Shown here piece after piece: positions 22,299 to 33,810 of a DNA stretch of 33,810 bases. Made by a program: the position numbers and the translations under genes. The first letter of the stretch is position 1, and each line of letters opens with the position of its first letter. The notes under the pieces were generated by a model, which had not been told where the DNA came from, did no database searches, and saw nothing but the letters and a program-made list of their open reading frames with translations. This DNA is from Catajapyx aquilonaris (lineage: Eukaryota), in assembly GCA_000934665.2 (NCBI GenBank), contig JYFJ02004221.1:1-33810 (forward strand), read 5' to 3'.

Positions 22299-24108
22299 AT
22301 CGGAAAACAGGATAAGTGGACTTCAAAATGACTTGGCACTTATGCACTTGTTGCTCTGAGCCTCGCTGTACGCCAAACGGAGCGTCGCAGGCGCACCAAA
22401 CTCTGGTGGTAGGTGCGCCTGGCGAATCCATGGCGATACAAGGTGTCAGGAATCCGATACGAGTAACGAGTGACGAATGGGAGCGGTGTCTTTGACCCCC
22501 CACCCTCTGGACACCCCCGTAAAGTTAACCTGTTTTCCGACTCCTATGCGAGTTCGAGGCCACGTTGACCCCTCTGCAGGTCACAGTGATTGTCGCACCT
22601 GGGTAAAAAAAATTTGGTATTTTTCTTGCGGCGAATGCGTACCTATCCCCGGTATCACGATACCGCTAGGACAAACGAGTCAAATGCGGCACTGGTTTTT
22701 CTTACCCCCATCCCTTTTTTATTTCCGATTCCAATGCCTTCTTTTTAGTATAGATACATTTTAAAACAGATAAAGGAATATGGTGAATAAAAGTAACTGG
22801 AAACATCAATATATGGCGTGTGGAACTGCTTTTTATACCAAAGCCGCATCAGATATCACATAATTGCGTAGGCTACAATGTACAACATATCGCCGTTTTA
22901 TTACTACATAGTTCTAACTCCTATTTTGAGAAAAAGAGACGTAAGAGGTGCACCTACTTCTAACTCCATCGGCCTATCCAAAAAACTGGTCAGGATGCAT
23001 TTCGCCGGTTTATTACTACATAGTTCTAACTCCAAGTAGTGACTTAAGAGGTGCAACTCCACATTGCCACTTTTCGTTAGTGTTATGAAGTTCTAACTCG
23101 GGAGTTAGACTTTTGTGATTCTGAAAAAATTCAAATTAGGTGATTTAAAAGGTTCTAACTCCACCATTGTTGCTGCTGTTACAGACAACGACAATGACAT
23201 TGGCACAGTGAAACACAAAATATGAGTAGGGTATGTAAGCCACAGTATTGCAAAAATTAACTCATTACGTTTGAATGTTCATGGTCTAATTGTTGTACTG
23301 TGCAAACTTTGGATTCAAATATCTCCGCTTCATCAAAAGTGGAGTTAGAACTATGTAGTAATGAACCGGCGATATGCTGCTGCATGTTGCTAATGGTGTC
23401 GCCAACCGGTTGTGTACAGTACATAGGCGTGCATGTTGTGTACACATACCTACACCAAGTACTTGTATAATCTACTGCACTATAGGCGACATCCCAGGAG
23501 GGGGATCAGAAAAACCAGTGCCGCATTTGACTCGTCTGTGCTGTCGGTTTCGTGACACCAGGGATAAGTTCGAATTCGCCGCTAGAAAAACGCTATTTTG
23601 GTTTGGTTCAGGTGCGACAATCACTGTGACCTGCAGAGGGGTCAACGTGGCCTCGAACTCGCATTGGAATCGGAAATAAAAAAGGGATGGGGGGTAAGAA
23701 AAACCAGTGCCGCATTTGACTCGTTTGTGCTATCGGTATCGTGATACCGGGGATAGGTACGCATTCGCCGCAAGAAAAATACCAATTTTTTTTTACTCAG
23801 GTGCGACAATCACTGTGACCTGCAGAAGGGTCAACGTGGCCTCGAACTCGCATGGGAGTCGGAAAACAGGTTAACTTTACGGGGGTGTCCAGAGGGTGGG
23901 GTGGGGGGGGGTCAAAGACACCGCTCCCATTCGTCACTCGTTACTCGTATCGGATTCCTGACACCTTGTATCGTCATGGATTCGCCAGGCGCACCTACCA
24001 CCCGAGTTTGGTGCGCCTGCGACGCTCCGTTTGGCGTACAGCGAGGCTCAGAGCAACAAGTGCATAAGTGCCAAGTCATTTTGAAGTCCACTTAACCTGT
24101 TTTCCGAT
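22299..24108. repeat. Inverted repeat, arms about 440 bp (22299-22737 and 23661-24108), with an extra tandem unit at about 23500-23675
   Basis: Mirror ORFs 22255..22503(-) and 23901..24095(+); AAAACCAGTGCCGCATTTGACTCGT recurs near 23510 and 23700. Confidence 0.92.
22890..23371. mobile_element. MITE with TTCTAACTCC internal repeats
   Basis: CGCCGTTTTATTACTACATAGTTCTAACTCC / GGAGTTAGAACTATGTAGTAATGAACCGGCG. Confidence 0.75.
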
Positions 24109-24540
24109 TCCGAGGTTATTTTCTGGCAAATCGAACGGAAGGCCATTCGCCCATATATTTTGTGCCTCCTCCTTTGTCACAATTTTGTAAGTAAAAAATT
24201 TAAAAGGCAATTTTCAAACAGATGTTAACTTGGGTGTTAATGTGAAACGTCGTAAAATGAAGCGGAGTAAAACGGGTACTAACTGTACTGCTTTTATGTT
24301 TCATTTGGGATCCATGGAGGAAACTGAGGAACATGGTTTGGGGTGGTTTCAAAGATCTGCATAGAGATTGAAAAAATGAAAAGAAATTGTTGCCCATAGG
24401 TACACCAATAATACATTTGACCTTTAGGGCAATTTACTTTGCCACCATTCCGGCACCCATAAGGAAAGAAGTGGTAATTGATCTTTTTCTTTTTAGTGAG
24501 AATCAGATTAACAGCACACCAAAATCAGTCCACTCCCAAG

Positions 24541-28915
<4,375 letters not shown>

Positions 28916-29305
28916 TGCAGTAGTATTCATCTAGAGGTGGTTATGTAATGCTAGTTAATGGGGGGGGGGGGGGNGGGGGGGCTTCAGAGGCTTTATTTGC
29001 AAGAAACTTCCCTGCAATATGCACAACAAAGGGCTGAGAATGTGGAACTTGCAGGTATCTTGCAAACAAGCTGGAGAAATCCCATATTCATCTGCATCAA
29101 CAGATGGTGGCTTCAAACTTACTTTATCATTGTTGTTTTGATTTGGTGAAGAGGCAGAGGTCGCACCTTTATAAAATTGACCTCTGGGATGGTACAATCA
29201 CAGTACATCATTTTTCTTGTATATTGTATAGTTGATTTAAATTAACTTACATCCACTGTGGGGATTGGCAGTTTTCTGAGAGAATCGTCCCATTTCTTGT
29301 GAAAC

Positions 29306-29311
29306 AATAAA
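29306..29311 (+). promoter_or_regulatory. Probable polyadenylation signal of the subunit c gene
   Basis: First AATAAA seen after the stop, about 390 nt downstream, followed by GT-rich sequence. Confidence 0.55.
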
Positions 29312-29452
29312 AACAATACTGGAGGTAATTGTGGATGTTTCCTAACTCCAGCAAGGTATGGTTTTCAGATTAGCTAGTTGAGACTTGTCAATCCAGATAT
29401 GTAAGGCTGTGCTCGATTTATCAGTGGAAGGCAGTTGCAAACTCTTGCTTAA

Positions 29453-29874
29453 AGGAACACTCCACTCAAAATACAAGTTGGCCCTCAAAAATCGGGAAAA
29501 AAATCCTGATTCCGAATGTGCAATCGGTTTTTTTCTACGCCCAACGGTAACACGGAAAATCGTATATCTACACACGTCGTCTGCTAAGAAGGGCGATACA
29601 ACAGCAACCCGCGGCAAACCGGAGAAGTATAGCGCGCTTAATAAACACCTGCCGCGCCAGGCGCCCCTGGTCCACGCCTGGTCTAGTTCCGCCCGGTTCC
29701 ACTCTGGTGGCGTCGCCACCTGCCCCGCGCGCCGTTTTCGAACGGCACACTTCCAGCTTTCACACTGGCCTTACCGCTCGTCTCTAAGAAAAACTGCTTA
29801 TACCCTCGGAATCAGGATTTTTTGCCCGATCTTTAGAACCCAACTTGTATTTTGAGTGGAGTGTCAGTGTCCCT
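29453..29874. mobile_element. Kolobok-like MITE, copy 1
   Basis: TTAA|AGGAACACTCCACTCAAAATACAAGTTGG with mirrored end and TTAA. Confidence 0.88.
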
Positions 29875-30161
29875 TTAAGGCCCCTCCAGCCTGTAGGGAC
29901 AAAATAAGGCAGGACTTCTTTGCCAAGAACATGTTGCTGTGGAATTTTAACAATTTAGACACCCACAGCTAGAGGACAAATGGCTCCACCGGCTTAGTCT
30001 GTCAGATGATTACACCACTGCACAGAGAGTAGGTATGGAGAGGACTTTGATGAAGGTGTCACCTGCCATGGGCCTTCACTGCAAGAAATTTCTTATGAAT
30101 AAATGAAGTTTGGCAAAATAGTTAGGTATTTTGTGTGAACTTAATATCCTACATCTTGTCC

Positions 30162-30396
30162 CAGTGCTTCCCAATCTTTTTCGTTGGCAACCCCAGAAAA
30201 TAGTCTCGTAAAATTCGCGACCCCTAATTTCCAATTCAACCCTTCTCCCCTCAGCAGTAGTCAATGACTATATAGTCGCTAAATTAACACATCTTGTCAT
30301 TTATGGGCATATTTTTCCAGAGAGAGAGAATAATTTTGTAAAAATACTTTGTTACCCTACCTCGCGAGGGGTCGCGACCCAGTTTGGGATGCCCTG
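30162..30396. mobile_element. hAT-like MITE
   Basis: CAGTGCTTCCCAA / TTGGGATGCCCTG; 8-bp flanks TCTTGTCC and CCTTATCC (6 of 8 match). Confidence 0.65.
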
Positions 30397-30848
30397 CCTT
30401 ATCCAGTTCATCAGAAGAGTAGAAGAGTTGCTCCTGCTTACAGCTTGTACCCCTTGTTATTACAAATTGGTAATTATAAAAGGGTTGTGCCCAGTGTTAC
30501 TAGAAATTGTCATTTATAATTTGTTGTTGATCTGACAAAAGGATGAATTGAACATTTTCCTAATTTTACAGGAGAGCCAAAAGAAACCTGCAAACCGCTA
30601 TACAAATACATAGGATGGTGTTGTGATTTTCTGTTCCAACTCTGAGACCACTTGTCCCATGGGTTCACCGTTTTGTTAGAATGTGACCCAACACTTGATG
30701 GTGCTGGCAGAGGGCATAATCCGATTTTAGCAAAAATGTCAAATTCGTCCTTTTGTCAGATTAACCCAAATATCATTGGAATTGAGGAGAAAGGGCGAAT
30801 AGACCATTTTATAAATTTTACAGGAGAGGCCAAAATAGGTTGAAAGTA

Positions 30849-32266
30849 CGAGGGCCAGTAAAAAGAAATTAACTGAATTTATATATGTCAAAGAGAATTA
30901 ATTAGTTCATGACTCACAGTGAATGGTATCATGTCCAGTATGGATTGCAGTACTTGAACACCAATTCTTGTTCGAATATTCCATGATGATCCCAGGCAAT
31001 GGTGACAGCGGAAGTATAGACCTAGGTTCACATTCGCCTCTGCTCTGCCAGAGGTCGGCGGGAGACCCAATATTCAGTGTTGAGGTATTGTTTCCTCTTG
31101 AAGAAAACAGCGATGGAGGTGTACGACATGTTAAAGGGACACTCCACTCAAAATACAAGTTGGGTTCTAAAAATCGGGCAAAAAATCCTGATTCCGAGGG
31201 TATAAGCAGTTTTTCTTAGAGACGAACGGTAAGGCCAGTGTGAAAGCTGGAAGTGTGTCGTTCGAAAACCGCGCGCGGGGCGGTGGGCAACGCCGCCAAG
31301 TGGAACCGGGCGGAACTTGAGCCGGTGCCTGGCGCGGCCAGGGTCCCCTACATGGTTGCCTCCCCCACCCTAACTGTCTAACTGTATAGGTGGGGGAGGC
31401 ACTCATGTAGGTGACCCTGGGCGCGGAAGCGCCTCTACTTCTCCGGTTTTCCGCGGGATGGTGCTGTATCGCCCTTCTTAGCAGACGACGTGTGTAGATA
31501 TATTATTTTCCGTGTTACCGTTGGGCGTAGAAAAAAGCCGATTGCACATTCGGAATCAGGATTTTTTGCCCGATTTTTGGGGGCCAACCTGTATTTTGAG
31601 TGGAGTGTCCCTTTAAGATTGTGAATGGCAGGTAGTCTATACTGGTCACCATGTTCTGCCACGAGAAGTTGCAACTCTTCGAAAACCTCGACCCGCATCT
31701 GCCTCTCCTCTAGAGTAAACAGTCCGGGGGCCCATCCCATCAGGTGCAAACACATCACATGTGCAAATGGTCAATGTAAAATCGTGTGGGTACGACCACT
31801 GCAAGTACCAATCATTCTGGCAAGGTCATCGACGGTCATATGACGATCTTCCCAGACGATTACTACGCATGTGTTAATGATCTCCTCTGTAAAAACTCTG
31901 ATGGGAGTCTGCAAACCTGGCTCTTTGAAAACCGATTACAGACCCTTGTTGAATGCCTTGTATTACCATTGGAATGCTGTGGGACACATCTTCACCATTT
32001 CTTACGTAGTAAGTCACACGCCTTTGTCAGTGTTGTCTTCAAATGGCAGCAAAACCTCAACGCTGAATATTGGTCCTCGCGAATGTGAACCTAAGGTCTC
32101 CTTCCAGTGCCACCGTCACCTGGGATTGTGGAATATGTGAACACTGAACAAGTATAGGTGTTTTAATACTTCAATCCATTCTGGACACAATGCCATTCAC
32201 TGCGAGTCATGAACTAATTCTCTTTATCACATAAAGAATCAGTCAATTTCATTTGACTGGCCCTCG
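30849..32266 (-). mobile_element. Mariner derivative with long inverted arms and decayed transposase N-terminus
   Basis: TA|CGAGGGCCAGT ... ACTGGCCCTCG|TA; minus-strand WEDRHMTVDDLARMIG...GWAPGLFTLEERQMRV (WVPxxL-like) with stops. Confidence 0.88.
31135..31612. mobile_element. Kolobok-like MITE, copy 2, opposite orientation, inside the mariner
   Basis: TTAA TSD; same TIRs as 29453-29874. Confidence 0.88.
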
Positions 32267-32824
32267 TATAGTCCTCACAAATTAAGTATCACTGTATACA
32301 CACTTTCATGTACATATTTGTCCTTTCACCAAAGCCTGCGGTGAGCTATTTCACCTTAAAAGACACATTTTCGTCATTTTCTAAAAAATTGTCTATTCTC
32401 CCTTTCTCCTTAATGGCGACGATATACCAAGCATCCCCTATTAATAGGGGACACCTGCACAGTTGTTGGATTTTAATTTTTTGCGCCAGTTTATTATTCT
32501 GCTGCTAAATAGCTGCCAGTAGTCACAGGTGCTGCAGTAGAGTCACAGCTAATGATACAAGTTCACACTTTGCGTCAGATTTTTAAGATACCGGTACAGG
32601 TGTTTGAATTTTAACTCATGAAAAAATTGCTGCAGCTTCATGTTCAGAATATGATTAGTAATTAATTCTCAAATATTGATTAGTGTTATGAGTTATTTAC
32701 TGTTTGTAATACCGTAAGTGAAGGTGATTTTGTGACAAATCAGTTTTTCTGATGTCACGCCACTATTATTTAACCTTTTTGACTGCAACCAGCCCCAGTA
32801 GATGGCTACGTATGTTGTGCTACC

Positions 32825-33443
32825 AGAAGCGGCTCGAAGCCGTGGTACTCCTGAGGGCAGGAGGGCAGGAGGGCAGGGGAGCCTTGATCCTTGCCCGCGC
32901 GCCACCAACGGTCGTTTCCGCAACTACCCGCGAGGAAGCATAAGAATCCCCATCGGAATAAGCAATTCCAGCGATGGCAGCCGTAGTGTATTGGTAAGCG
33001 CGCTGGCCTATAGATCGGAAGGCTGCGGGTTCACGTCCCGCTCAGGGTTCTTTTTTTTTCCCCCTCTTTTTTTCGTCGTCTTTTCTTACGTGAAGATAGG
33101 GCTGTATCCGCAACGAGTGAAGGTTAGGTTTGGTTAGGTTGGGTTAGTACATCGTACCCCTATTCCCTGCCCACATCACATCAAGCAGCGGTACGTAGGG
33201 CTGTATACGCTGACGATAGGCCTGTATCCGCTGAAGATAGGCCTGTATCCGCAACGAGTGAAGGTTAGGTTTGGTTAGGTTGGGTTAGTACATCGTATTC
33301 CTACCCCCTGCCCACATCAAGCAGTGAAAATTAATATTCCAGCTCTGAACAGCGCCTTCCTCGCGGGGTTGGTGGCGCGCGGGCAAGGATCACTGCCCTC
33401 CTGCCCTCCTGCCCTCAGGAGCACCACGGCTTCGAGCCGCTCG
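32825..33443. mobile_element. MULE/Mutator-like non-autonomous element
   Basis: GC-rich TIRs of about 80 bp (AGCGGCTCGAAGCCGTGGT...GCCACCAAC) and 9-bp TSD TGTGCTACC (32816-32824 and 33444-33452). Confidence 0.75.
32977..33059 (+). ncRNA. tRNA-like Pol III unit (not a foldable tRNA) inside the MULE-like element
   Basis: A box TAGTGTATTGG, D-arm, T-arm GCGGG-TTCACGT-CCCGC, T9 run at 33051-33059; acceptor stem does not pair. Confidence 0.5.
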
Positions 33444-33810
33444 TGTGCTACCTAGTAGCCAACACTGATCTCTATATAGTATGGATGGATGAACTACTGC
33501 AATCGTCTGAGGCTGCCATCATTGATTGTCCGCAATGTTACCGTGCTTCGTCTGCTTACGGCGTGCTTAGCAATGTAGTGCGAAGTACTCACTCTCGTTG
33601 TGTGTTATGTCAATTATTCTTGTTTTAGAGGGCAGCGCGTGCACCATAGTCTTTCAGCCCTACGTTCCATGTATTATACAGTACATACCGGTATATTAGT
33701 TCTAGGGCAATTCCGTTCACATATACGCGATTTTGCTCAAAAGCGAGCGAATTTCAGCTTTCAGCTTATTCGCGTCTGGCCAAAGGCATTCACGTATCGG
33801 CGTTTTTCTC

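Noticed and set aside
22898..23362. CRISPR-like spaced repeats (TTCTAACTCC; also TGAGTTTAACAA at 9450-9774)
   Set aside because: Irregular spacing, mixed orientation, enclosed by TIRs, no cas genes, eukaryotic context
20922..24095. Apparently duplicated genes on opposite strands (also 5734-6939, 8865-9497, 29385-31758)
   Set aside because: Mirror ORFs produced by inverted repeats; no recognisable domains or splice structure
28960..28981. G-run in the subunit c 3' UTR as a G-quadruplex element
   Set aside because: Homopolymer containing an N; length is unreliable
33120..33290. Telomere or chromosome fusion site
   Set aside because: Only a few degenerate TTAGG units, inside a TIR element

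Overview
Animal (most likely arthropod) nuclear DNA, very rich in transposons; there is no prokaryotic operon, CRISPR array or defence system. Two intron-containing genes can be rebuilt by hand. On the minus strand, a calmodulin-like protein 4 (CALML4) gene: join 10107-10105, 10033-10003, 7754-7623, 7564-7382, 4821-4721, 149 aa. On the plus strand, a mitochondrial ATP synthase subunit c gene: join 24541-24582, 24640-24744, 24811-24913, 28752-28915, 137 aa. They point away from a CpG-rich segment at about 10.4-10.9 kb that looks like a bidirectional promoter. Nearly everything else is decayed or non-autonomous mobile DNA: tRNA-derived SINEs with TSDs, mariner remnants, pogo/Tigger-, hAT-, P-, PIF-, Kolobok-, piggyBac- and MULE-like elements, a solo LTR and Helitron-like ends, often nested three deep. 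Most ORFs in the supplied track are spurious products of these repeats. The most unusual signals are: (i) large palindromes whose arms run past transposon ends into inverted flanks, plus a copy-specific perfect hairpin, pointing to fold-back/template-switch events; (ii) a 9-bp-TSD element carrying a tRNA-like Pol III unit and TTAGG repeats; (iii) three SINE types sharing one core motif; (iv) a mariner made of two 5' halves; (v) a subunit c that may be a divergent paralog. I cannot demonstrate a new biological system from sequence alone, and superfamily labels rest on TIR/TSD signatures read by eye.
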